Of a DNA stretch of 24,432 nucleotides, positions 8,198 to 16,570 are shown piece after piece (the first letter of the stretch is position 1; each line of letters starts with the position of its first letter). Made by a program: the position numbers and the translations under genes. The notes beneath the pieces are model-generated. The model had not been told where the DNA came from and did not search any database. It saw nothing but the letters and a program-made list of their open reading frames with translations. This DNA is from a virus (taxonomy: Duplodnaviria > Caudoviricetes): positions 1 to 24,432 of the IMG/VR virus record IMGVR_UViG_3300016722_000011; one strand, given 5' to 3'.

Positions 8198-8431
8198 ATG
8201 GTTTGTGTGGATTGCGGTTGTGAAAAATTGATTACTGTCAAAGTGTACAGGAATCGGATCCGGAAGGATAACGTTTGGTTTGCATCAGATAAGGCAGATA
8301 CACGCCTTGTTGTGTGCGATGAATGCGGAGCCCGTTATTATGTGGAAAGTACTTTAAACCAGAAAATAAGTTGGAAAAATGACCGCAAGCAAATACAGGA
8401 CATCAATAAACCTTCTTTATTTGATAACTAA
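8198..8431 (+). CDS. C4 zinc-ribbon protein, possible late-gene activator
   Basis: CVDC..R..CDECG; occupies the position of mor in Mu. Confidence 0.55.
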   Translation: MVCVDCGCEKLITVKVYRNRIRKDNVWFASDKADTRLVVCDECGARYYVESTLNQKISWKNDRKQIQDINKPSLFDN

Positions 8432-9510
8432 TGATTAGAGATATAATAAAACGGCTTATAATTGAGTATTATAATAAATCAATTTCTGAAGATGACCTTT
8501 ACAGAAAGCTTAGGAAAGCCCTGGAAGAAGAAGTCGGGTCAAAAGAGGAATCTACAAACCGGCTCATTGACGAATTGAGAGATTATATTAAGTGGAATGA
8601 TAATACCGGGGCTTTGTCAGATTACTCAAGACAGCAAGCCGATAAAGCTGTAAATATGATTGAAAGACGGTACAACTCTGCAATGACAGCAAACGGTAGA
8701 AGCTTGTTAAGGAACGTTTATGAGGGTATTAAAGAAGGATTAAACGGTAATTTAGATTGGTCCGAAACTGTAAGAGATTCCTTAAGAAAACTTGATTACA
8801 AAGAACACCACATCAATACAGAAATTGAAACAAACCAGGCAGCAGTGGACAGGGCGCGAATGATTATTAACCTTCTTGAATCAAGCGAAACCGGGGATGG
8901 AACGGACGTATTTGCACAATATGACGGACTTAGGCCGCAGAGGAAGTTTTGTAAGCTGCACTATGGCGGTGTTTATTCAGTAGCGGAGATCCTTGAAATG
9001 ATAAACAGCTTCGGCCAGCCGGCCGCTTATTATATGGGCGGTTATAATTGCACGCACAGATGGGTGCCGTTCAACGGGAAAAGGATTCAATTACCGGAAG
9101 GCACCAAAGGATATATTTTTGCGGAGCGCGGCTTTAAGAATAGTCAGGGTGATGAGCTGGGAATAGCTAAAATAAGAGCTAAAGAAGGTTATAAAATTTT
9201 GCTGAGAAAAACTGTTAAATTTACCGGTGGTAAGAGCCCCGATGCATATGAAAACGGAGAACTTGTTGAATATAAGACGTTAAATGCGAGTGGAAAGTTA
9301 CCAAATCAGATTGCAAATGCAATCAGATATGGTAAAAAGCAGAGCGGTAATATTGTTATTTATCTTAAATATGAAAAAGAATTCACGGGAGATCTTATTA
9401 ATGTTATTGATGATGCTTTCAAAAGAAGAATATTTTTCGATTTTGAGGAAGAAATAAAAAAGGTTACTTTTATGCTGCCAAATGGAAAAGAATACATAAA
9501 AGAAAGATAA
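8431..9510 (+). CDS. MuF-like head morphogenesis protein with C-terminal PD-(D/E)xK nuclease toxin (CdiA-CT tRNase-like)
   Basis: RKFC..GGYNCTHRW MuF-type motif, then SPDA..VEYKT..IANAIRYGKKQSGNIVI. Confidence 0.75.
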   Translation: MIRDIIKRLIIEYYNKSISEDDLYRKLRKALEEEVGSKEESTNRLIDELRDYIKWNDNTGALSDYSRQQADKAVNMIERRYNSAMTANGRSLLRNVYEGIKEGLNGNLDWSETVRDSLRKLDYKEHHINTEIETNQAAVDRARMIINLLESSETGDGTDVFAQYDGLRPQRKFCKLHYGGVYSVAEILEMINSFGQPAAYYMGGYNCTHRWVPFNGKRIQLPEGTKGYIFAERGFKNSQGDELGIAKIRAKEGYKILLRKTVKFTGGKSPDAYENGELVEYKTLNASGKLPNQIANAIRYGKKQSGNIVIYLKYEKEFTGDLINVIDDAFKRRIFFDFEEEIKKVTFMLPNGKEYIKER

Positions 9511-9512
9511 TT

Positions 9513-9758
9513 ATGAATAAACAAGAATTGATAGAACGAATAAAAAAAATAAAAGATGCAGATTTATTAACAGATAAAGTTAAAGCATTTATTTCAGGTT
9601 ATCTGTTTAGCGAAAATGACAACAGAAATATTACCTGGGACGAACTATTGGAAATTGCTAACTATGCAGGTATAAATAAAGAAGACTTTGCTGCACCTTC
9701 TGAAATATTTGAATTCGGCGTCCAGGACGATACCAAGGGATTTCCTACTTCGTTTTAA
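9513..9758 (+). CDS. Putative immunity protein
   Basis: Small acidic ORF 2 bp after the toxin gene; AT-rich. Confidence 0.55.
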   Translation: MNKQELIERIKKIKDADLLTDKVKAFISGYLFSENDNRNITWDELLEIANYAGINKEDFAAPSEIFEFGVQDDTKGFPTSF

Positions 9759-10269
9759 TATTCAAGAAGTCCTTAATAATTGCATCTTCATACATTTTAG
9801 CCAGCTCTTTTTTCTGCTCTGCGGAAAGTCCGAAAAACTTCCAAAGCTTTCTGGACTTTCCAACGCCCGAAACATTAAACCAAAAAGCCTTTTGACTCTG
9901 TACGGGGTCAGGGAAACCGATGGTAACAGTATCATCAGAAATATCGGTAATATTCATATTCCGTAACATTTTGCCTGTCCATTGCAGGAACTTCCCCTCC
10001 GCATTTGGCCTTACTTTGGCTTTATAGTTGGCATATCCGCAAAGGATAATCATTCCAAGCTTCCCGGTGCGTTTACTGGTTACAATGTTATAAAGTTTCC
10101 CTTCCTGGTCTTTCCCCAATTTAGCACGTACAGCCCTATTATAAGGCATATAGAAAGGTTTGTCCGAATATTGAAAACTGTTTCCGTCTTTATCCCGCCC
10201 GGCAGCAATATTCTGCTGTACCATACCAATAACGGTGTTGCCAATATTTTTAAGAAGCTGGTTTCTCAT
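9745..10269 (-). CDS. Virion morphogenesis / tail completion protein (Mu gpG-like)
   Basis: GRDKDG..F..YS, LQWTGKMLRNM, KFFGLS motifs; follows portal. Confidence 0.7.
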   Translation of the reverse strand: MRNQLLKNIGNTVIGMVQQNIAAGRDKDGNSFQYSDKPFYMPYNRAVRAKLGKDQEGKLYNIVTSKRTGKLGMIILCGYANYKAKVRPNAEGKFLQWTGKMLRNMNITDISDDTVTIGFPDPVQSQKAFWFNVSGVGKSRKLWKFFGLSAEQKKELAKMYEDAIIKDFLNIKTK

Positions 10270-11375
10270 ATTGTTTCTTCGCCGGCTCCAGGAATTGAAA
10301 ATCCAATTTTCTCATAGACTTCTTTTCTTATCAGCGGGATGCCGGCAGTTTTAAGAACATTGATTGCATCTGCATTTTTAAGAATATCTTCTTCCTGTTC
10401 AATCTTAAATCTGAATTTATATGGAACCGAAGCTGCATCGAGGGAACGATTAAGCCGGTAATCACGAAGCAATAACTTGTTTACTAAAGCTTCAATTCTA
10501 ACCATATCCGAATAGGCAATATCAGCGGAAATCATTTTCATTACCTGAAGCGCTGCCCTGCTGCCACCTGAAGTTGGAAGTTCAGCGGTATTTGCCTGGC
10601 CTAAAATTGCAATTGAAATTGATCTATCAATGCTATTAATAAAATCTTTGAACGCAGTTCCGCCTTGGCCAGCTATCTGATTTAATCGGAATTCAATCAA
10701 ATCTGATGTTACAAGGTAATTATCCCTTATTGCCGTTTGTGCAGCAAGCTCTGCTGCCCGTTGTTCGCTTGGCGCTGCGTTCTTATTAATAACCTGTAAT
10801 ATACCCTTTAATTTTCGCAGCCAGTTTGCATTTTCAATTACCATATCGAACCTTATTATTTCTGAAGGCATAATAGTTCTTAATATTCCTCCCTTTGCAT
10901 AATAAGGAGCGGTATCAATTAAATAAAACATATCATCGTTGATGTTAATAGTATTTAATATATTCCCGTTTTCGTCCTTAATGTATATGTACGGTAAATC
11001 ATAATCATACATGGACTGATCTCTTTTGTTTTTCAGCCGAAGCTGAGAACCATATTCATTATTTACAAGTTCAAGTATATATAAAGAACTTCCGAATAAT
11101 GCGGCATAAGCGTGATTTGAAATAATATCATTTATCAGGGGCCGTAACCTGCTAACAGCTTCTTCGGCAGCCTTCTGATCCGAGCCTTCCATACTCCAGT
11201 CAAACGCTGTTAAAGCGGTAGTTCTGGTAATAAAATGCCCCATTAAACGGCTGTTGACTTTTAATATTGTTTTCAGGTAATTATAAAAAGTATATACATC
11301 TCTATCTTTCGGCTTCGAGTCTTCAACATTTTTTGCGACTATAAAAAATTTCTGTAAACCTGGGTAAATATTCAT
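10266..11375 (-). CDS. Portal protein (Mu gp29 / DUF935-like)
   Basis: ISIAILGQANTAE..GGSRAALQV and VYEKIGFSIP; follows TerL. Confidence 0.85.
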   Translation of the reverse strand: MNIYPGLQKFFIVAKNVEDSKPKDRDVYTFYNYLKTILKVNSRLMGHFITRTTALTAFDWSMEGSDQKAAEEAVSRLRPLINDIISNHAYAALFGSSLYILELVNNEYGSQLRLKNKRDQSMYDYDLPYIYIKDENGNILNTININDDMFYLIDTAPYYAKGGILRTIMPSEIIRFDMVIENANWLRKLKGILQVINKNAAPSEQRAAELAAQTAIRDNYLVTSDLIEFRLNQIAGQGGTAFKDFINSIDRSISIAILGQANTAELPTSGGSRAALQVMKMISADIAYSDMVRIEALVNKLLLRDYRLNRSLDAASVPYKFRFKIEQEEDILKNADAINVLKTAGIPLIRKEVYEKIGFSIPGAGEETI

Positions 11376-11388
11376 TTGGTACCTTTAT

Positions 11389-12990
11389 CTATAATAATGA
11401 ATAATAATCTTTAATAACTGTAACCGGCTGAGATTCACGATGCAATGAACATTCGTGAATAAATTCAAATGCACAGATGGCAGCGTCTGGCGCATCGTCT
11501 TTTCTGCCTGCCTTTTTTCCTGCAAAGCTGAAGAACTGAAATAGAAACGTTTCACCTTCCGGAGTTTTGGCAAATCCAGGAGGAAAAAAGATTCTCGATT
11601 CGCTGTATACCATCTGAAGATTTTTTGCCAAATCGTCCACCTTGTAACTCTTATATTGAATTACGGGAAATGGAATTTTGTTTATCAGAACATAATCTCT
11701 GACTAACTGTGTCCAAGTACTTTCCTGGCTTACCTGCCCATCAAAAGCAATCTGAGAAATATTCTCAGAAAATTGCTTCTTGAGAATGAGTATTGAGTCT
11801 AAAAGCTGATTTGAATCACTAAAACTTCTGCAAACAGCCATAGGTACATAATAGCAATTTGTCTTAGGAGAAAATAACAGAGGAACAATTGCGGTAGTAT
11901 CACCTTTGCCTTTCTTGCTCAAATTGGGATCACAATATATCACACCCCGGCAATCATTGGGTAAGGATGTATACTCCTTGTAATATTGACGTTTGAAGAA
12001 AATACCTTCCGGTGGTTTGGGGTCGTTCCTATAATTCGCATTCCAGTCCGATTCGTCTTTTGGTTTCAATATTGCCTTAAGTTCGCTCTCGCTTTTTGCA
12101 GGATATTTTTCAGGCCACAAAGGCTTTTTATTTTTATCGTCCCAAGCCGAATATGTGTGGAAATGAAAAAGATTATTTGCAAGCAAATTATCTTCAGCCT
12201 GAATTTTAAGCTGATGCAATGCTGAGGCAGTGGAAAAATCATTTGCCATTATTAGGAAGGTAGAATTTTCTATCATTGAATGATAAGATTCTACTAATTT
12301 ATCTATCCTCTGGAGATTTGATTCTGTGTTAAATGCGGATTCCAAAGTTTCTACATCATCACCAAGTATAAATTGAGGCCTGCCGAATTCTTTTGTGTAT
12401 CCGCGTACAGAACGTCCTTGCGAGAAAGCGGCACAGTAACGGAAACCTTTCAGCCGAGGTAACTGCTTAAATGTATTAAGCGACAGCTTAAGCTTGAACT
12501 GGATCTGGTCTGCATTATCTTCCAGCAGAACAGGCTTAAAATCATACTGTATCCGGGGGCTGTTCTTTATTATATTTGAGACATCCGCAAGTATGTTGTA
12601 GCTTTTAGGATTGAGCGTCTCGGCGTAAGTTCCGGCTATGCTCACCTGCCCGGTAAGCAACAGCCAGACTAAAATTTTTTTGCCTTGGACAGTCTTTCCG
12701 TGGTTCCTGGGCCCAAAAAATATATGTATCCCTTCAGATCTGGAAAACTTGATAATATCTTTTAGCATTTTATTTGGCTCCGCATAATCAGAATAACAAT
12801 CCGGCGGAAAATAAACTTCGTCAAAATAAGCAAAATCTTTAACTGCTTTTTTAAGGCGTATTAAAGATGCAGATGAGGACATCTCTGATTTAGGAAATGG
12901 AATACCAGGCGAAAAAGCTTCTTCAAGCTCAATTTTGTCCTTAAATTCGGACATATTCAGTTCTGAAGCAGAAAACGGTTTAATTGTCAT
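11389..12990 (-). CDS. terL: Terminase large subunit
   Basis: Walker A GPRNHGKT, RPQFILGDDVE, nuclease motifs YCDPNL..GDTTA and KDDAPDA. Confidence 0.93.
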   Translation of the reverse strand: MTIKPFSASELNMSEFKDKIELEEAFSPGIPFPKSEMSSSASLIRLKKAVKDFAYFDEVYFPPDCYSDYAEPNKMLKDIIKFSRSEGIHIFFGPRNHGKTVQGKKILVWLLLTGQVSIAGTYAETLNPKSYNILADVSNIIKNSPRIQYDFKPVLLEDNADQIQFKLKLSLNTFKQLPRLKGFRYCAAFSQGRSVRGYTKEFGRPQFILGDDVETLESAFNTESNLQRIDKLVESYHSMIENSTFLIMANDFSTASALHQLKIQAEDNLLANNLFHFHTYSAWDDKNKKPLWPEKYPAKSESELKAILKPKDESDWNANYRNDPKPPEGIFFKRQYYKEYTSLPNDCRGVIYCDPNLSKKGKGDTTAIVPLLFSPKTNCYYVPMAVCRSFSDSNQLLDSILILKKQFSENISQIAFDGQVSQESTWTQLVRDYVLINKIPFPVIQYKSYKVDDLAKNLQMVYSESRIFFPPGFAKTPEGETFLFQFFSFAGKKAGRKDDAPDAAICAFEFIHECSLHRESQPVTVIKDYYSLL

Positions 12991-13175
12991 TTGAGACCCC
13001 GTTCAAAAACGTTCAAACCCCATTCAAAAACGTTCAAACTTTTTTTTAGGTAACTTAATGTCCCTTGTAATAGAAAACACAGCCACGGGGCTTTATTTAA
13101 GTTTTTGTCTTTAGTCACAAAGTAAATAAAAATAGCAGTCAATGACGCCGGGACTATTTTTTTGAATTCTGCCAT
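12987..13175 (-). CDS. Small hypothetical protein between TerS and TerL
   Basis: ATGA overlap with the terL start; GAGGAG upstream; contains a 21-bp tandem repeat. Confidence 0.45.
   Translation of the reverse strand: MAEFKKIVPASLTAIFIYFVTKDKNLNKAPWLCFLLQGTLSYLKKSLNVFEWGLNVFERGLK
12996..13037 (+). repeat. 21-bp tandem repeat ACCCC(G/A)TTCAAAAACGTTCAA, two copies
   Basis: Units at 12996-13016 and 13017-13037; TTCAAA recurs every 10-11 bp. Confidence 0.75.
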
Positions 13176-13630
13176 TTGTGGAGCTCCTCATTGTAGATGT
13201 TTATCACGTCTTCGTTTGTCGCGTCGGGTAAAAATCTTTTTATTATTCCGCCGATAATTGCAGCATCCACCCGTTTAAGGTGGGATTCAAGTTCTACTTC
13301 CTGGACAAAAGTTTTCATCTTTGTAATTTTATAAAGATAGTCGATTCTGGTTTTAAGCGGCATTTTATCGTCATTATCCAACTCTGAAATTACAAAGCCG
13401 AGCTGTTTATTAAACAAGACTATATCGCTTATTTTTTTTGCAATCATTTTTGAGGCCTGCACTCTGCCGGATTTATTGCCCTTAAGTAATTTAGCTGAGT
13501 CAGTATATTTATCTATGGCATACCGTACCTGGTGCGGCTTTACGTTAAATATTTCCGCAATTTCCTTTATAGTTGAGGTCGGGTTATTTGCCTTAAATAA
13601 AGCAATGGATTTAATTTCTTCTTTGTTCAT
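13154..13630 (-). CDS. Putative terminase small subunit (HTH)
   Basis: N-terminal HTH (STIKEIAEIFNVKPHQVRY); upstream of terL. Confidence 0.65.
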   Translation of the reverse strand: MNKEEIKSIALFKANNPTSTIKEIAEIFNVKPHQVRYAIDKYTDSAKLLKGNKSGRVQASKMIAKKISDIVLFNKQLGFVISELDNDDKMPLKTRIDYLYKITKMKTFVQEVELESHLKRVDAAIIGGIIKRFLPDATNEDVINIYNEELHKWQNSKK

Positions 13631-14091
13631 CGTATCTCCTGATGAAGAGAATAAGTTAAATTAAATTGTAAACAAACGACGGCTAAATCACCATAAATTC
13701 CGTCAATGGTTAAGAAGTCTTCCGGATAATCAAGTCCTGTGAACCCAATATCAATATTGCTCAACAATGCGTCTGCGTAATGCGGGAATGAATCTATCTG
13801 CCAGGAAATGGTTTCTGCAAGTTCAATGCAATCCAGAAAGGAACCAAAATTTTTATCAGTACTTCCTGAGGTGCAGACGAATAATTCAAAAGCCGCCTTA
13901 TAATTTATTGGCGCTTTATTATGATTTTTGGTAACCTCGCAGTTGGGCTGGCCGTAAATCCAAACGCAAGGCGGATTTTGCGGTAAAACATCTGCGCCGC
14001 CGCCAAGTTTACCGAACTCAACCGATAGACCGGTATTATTATTTTTTAGATAAGCCAACAATTCATTATTAAGCTGCTTAAATGTTAACAT
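13627..14091 (-). CDS. Putative tail terminator / head-tail joining protein (Mu gp37-like)
   Basis: PPCVWIY motif, size and synteny; start at 14091 or 14094 after GGAG. Confidence 0.55.
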   Translation of the reverse strand: MLTFKQLNNELLAYLKNNNTGLSVEFGKLGGGADVLPQNPPCVWIYGQPNCEVTKNHNKAPINYKAAFELFVCTSGSTDKNFGSFLDCIELAETISWQIDSFPHYADALLSNIDIGFTGLDYPEDFLTIDGIYGDLAVVCLQFNLTYSLHQEIR

Positions 14092-14443
14092 CATAATCTC
14101 CAAGAATAGGACCTATTCTGCTATTAGTTACCGAGACTGAATCAATGGCCAGAGCGTCAGTTTGCGTATTATTTTTTGCCGTTTTAATTGCTTCTTTGTA
14201 GTTATTGGTAACAACAGCAATATACTGGTCGCTCATACCGGTTAAGGTATTAAGAATCAAATAATCAAGGACGCGGACAAAAGGAATTAAAGCCCAGGCC
14301 GGCTTGGTAGAAATATCCACCCCCGAAGCCTGATTTAATATTATCTCTGCTTGGACTGCGTATCCCGCATATAAATTTGCATCAGCCAGCCTTGCTTTAG
14401 CAGACGCGCTTAGATAATTAACTACTTCATTGTACTCAAACAT
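14078..14443 (-). CDS. Putative head-tail adaptor (Mu gp36-like)
   Basis: Helical protein of about 120 aa with NNYKEAIK; synteny. Confidence 0.55.
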   Translation of the reverse strand: MFEYNEVVNYLSASAKARLADANLYAGYAVQAEIILNQASGVDISTKPAWALIPFVRVLDYLILNTLTGMSDQYIAVVTNNYKEAIKTAKNNTQTDALAIDSVSVTNSRIGPILGDYDVNI

Positions 14444-14597
14444 TTTATTACCCGAAATTTTATTGTAAAAATATTATAAAGCTTATAAAATAGTTGTCCA
14501 AATACGTATATGCCCAACAATAGTTTATACAAATTACAATATTTGCTTTGAGTTTTTACAAACAGTATAAATAATCTTGTAAACACAGAGGAATCAA
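14444..14597. promoter_or_regulatory. Divergent late promoter region
   Basis: AT-rich gap between divergent operons; TTGTAAA/TTTACAA-like motifs in both orientations. Confidence 0.5.
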
Positions 14598-15137
14598 ATG
14601 CGACAGAAATTAATCGAGTTCTTAAAAAAACTCGGAGTAAACACAGAAGAAAAGAAACAGGAAATAGAGGAAGCGTTAAAAACAATTGACGATGAACCTA
14701 ATCCGAAAGTGGATCCGCCAAAATCGCCTGAGCCGAAAAGTGATTCTACTATTGACATTCTTAAACAGGAGATAGCAGAGCTTAAAACCGCGTTGATAGA
14801 AGAAAAGACATACAGGGATAAAGTTACTAATATGCAGAAGCAGAAAGCAGCTACCGAACAACAAGCCAAAGTGGATGCCGCTGTTAATAAGTTGTTCCAG
14901 GATAAAAAAATTACCGAAGCACAAAAGGCGGATTGGTTAAATCTTTTCAACAAAGATTATGAAGGAGCCGAGAAAATTGCCATGGCACTGCCGGCTATCC
15001 AGGGAGACGGCGGAAAGAAAGAGAAGGATTCGGATGCTCCAACAAAATTAAATACGCTTGAGCAGGGCGGAAACATTTTGGATGCTATTAAAAAACATAA
15101 TCAAAACCCAGCATTAGAAATCCCACAAGGAGAATAA
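14598..15137 (+). CDS. Capsid scaffolding protein
   Basis: Charged coiled coil; VDAAV..KKITEAQKADW resembles the Mu gpI C-terminal scaffold; upstream of capsid. Confidence 0.75.
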   Translation: MRQKLIEFLKKLGVNTEEKKQEIEEALKTIDDEPNPKVDPPKSPEPKSDSTIDILKQEIAELKTALIEEKTYRDKVTNMQKQKAATEQQAKVDAAVNKLFQDKKITEAQKADWLNLFNKDYEGAEKIAMALPAIQGDGGKKEKDSDAPTKLNTLEQGGNILDAIKKHNQNPALEIPQGE

Positions 15138-15138
15138 T

Positions 15139-15444
15139 ATGGCAAAGACATCCCCAAAACCAATTGAGAAAATTAGTTATGAATTTGAGTTTGCCATAAG
15201 ACAAAACGGCTACACCAAAAGTCAACTTACGGTTATAGCCGAAGGCAAAGATGAAGACGAAGCCTTTAATGCCGCCAAAGCGGAATTGCTTCAGTCGGAA
15301 AGTGACATAGAATATTTACAAAAATTTAGAATTATTACCAAAAGTCACATTACGGCTAAAGCCGAAGGCAAAGATGAAAACGAGGCCTTTAATGCCGCCA
15401 AAGCGGAATTGCCTCAGTCGGAAAGTGAAGAAGAATATTTATAA
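15139..15444 (+). CDS. Hypothetical head-region protein with internal 41-codon duplication
   Basis: TKS..T..AEGKDE.EAFNAAKAEL.QSES..EYL occurs twice. Confidence 0.7.
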   Translation: MAKTSPKPIEKISYEFEFAIRQNGYTKSQLTVIAEGKDEDEAFNAAKAELLQSESDIEYLQKFRIITKSHITAKAEGKDENEAFNAAKAELPQSESEEEYL

Positions 15445-15459
15445 AAATTTAGAATTATT
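15214..15459 (+). repeat. 123-bp tandem duplication (15214-15336, 15337-15459)
   Basis: Aligned by eye; about 11 substitutions and no indels. Confidence 0.9.
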
Positions 15460-15474
15460 AAGGAGTAATAAAAA

Positions 15475-16428
15475 ATGTTAGTATCACAAATTTCCAAGTT
15501 GACAGGCCGTGCATCCGGATTACTGGCAAAGATACTTGAAATCAATCCATTGTTCCAATATGCACAATTCAAGCTTGATTTTTCGACCGCAATTCACGTA
15601 AAGGATTCGGATACCTTTACCAGCACTGCCGCAAGAGCTGAAAACCAAGCCGCTCAGAAAGATGCACAGAAACCGTCAACTGCTGTTAACAACCTGGCTT
15701 TATATTCTCGAGAGATTGAGATTGATGATTTAAGAAAGCTTGATGCCACTTTAGGCGGCGGTGACCAAGCTCTAAAACTATTTGCAGACCGCCGGCTTGG
15801 CGGGTTGGCCGTTAAATTGGGTAAGGAAATTCAGGCGCATATGCTTGCCGGTACCAATGCCGATAGCCAGCTGCTTGGCCTGTCAACTTTTGTAAAAGAT
15901 GCAAGCGCAGCCGGCCAGACTGCGGCATTGGGATTTACTGTTGCCGAATTGGCAGCAATGAACAAAAATGTTTCTTTGCAGCTTAACACTACTGCAAATC
16001 AGGATGCGCTTATGGAAATGATTGAGCAGGAAATGGCAAACATTCCAGGCGCTAATGCAATTATTTGTAATACTTCTTTGGGCAGTCGATTAACTACCAT
16101 TGCAAGACGCCACGGCGCGTCAGGGCAGAGTTTGAACAGCTTCGGAATTCCTGTTGCAACCTTTAACAGTATCCCTATCATAAAACTTCCGTCAGATTGC
16201 ATTTCGCAGACGGAAAGTGACGGAACTAATTCAGATTGCACTTCCCTTTATATTGCAAGATTTGCCGAAGAGCTTGGAGTTGCCTGGTCAACCAATAGTG
16301 GTTTCTATTTTCAGGATTTCCAAGACGCGGAAGGAACACCTTCAGGTAAAGCAAGAATGCAGTTTTTCTTGAACCTTGCCTGCGAAAGGACTGACGCTTT
16401 AAGAAGGTTATCAAGAATTCGTTTATAG
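15475..16428 (+). CDS. Major capsid protein (HK97 fold presumed)
   Basis: 317 aa after scaffold; strong AAGGAG RBS; ANAIICN, FNSIPII and TSLYIARF patterns. Confidence 0.8.
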   Translation: MLVSQISKLTGRASGLLAKILEINPLFQYAQFKLDFSTAIHVKDSDTFTSTAARAENQAAQKDAQKPSTAVNNLALYSREIEIDDLRKLDATLGGGDQALKLFADRRLGGLAVKLGKEIQAHMLAGTNADSQLLGLSTFVKDASAAGQTAALGFTVAELAAMNKNVSLQLNTTANQDALMEMIEQEMANIPGANAIICNTSLGSRLTTIARRHGASGQSLNSFGIPVATFNSIPIIKLPSDCISQTESDGTNSDCTSLYIARFAEELGVAWSTNSGFYFQDFQDAEGTPSGKARMQFFLNLACERTDALRRLSRIRL

Positions 16429-16454
16429 TCGTTTCCATAACCACCTTCATAATG

Positions 16455-16483
16455 AGGGATAAGGCGTGTAAAACCTTATCCCT
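16455..16483 (+). terminator. Hairpin AGGGATAAGG/CCTTATCCCT after the capsid gene
   Basis: 10-bp perfect stem with weak U-tract; 7 nt before the tRNA. Confidence 0.6.
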
Positions 16484-16490
16484 TATATAT

Positions 16491-16570
16491 AGCGGAGTGT
16501 CTGAAGTGGAATCAGGCCGGGTTCATGCCCCGGTGCGAAAGCCTCGAGGGTTCAACTCCCTCCTCCGCAA
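16491..16570 (+). tRNA. tRNA-Met(CAT), initiator-like, with long variable arm; CCA not encoded
   Basis: Acceptor AGCGGAG/CTCCGCA; D arm containing GG; anticodon arm CCGGG-TTCATGC-CCCGG; T arm GAGGG-TTCAACT-CCCTC. Confidence 0.8.

Noticed and set aside
9745-14443. Minus-strand block as a Gin-type invertible segment
   Set aside because: No flanking inverted repeats or invertase seen, and the left boundary is a gene overlap
14444-14597. P2 Ogr-type TGT-N12-ACA activator site
   Set aside because: The best dyad found (14495-14519) has a 19-nt spacer
15214-15459. 123-bp repeat pair as a diversity-generating retroelement TR/VR
   Set aside because: Mismatches involve A, C, G and T rather than only adenines, the copies are directly tandem, and no reverse transcriptase is in the window
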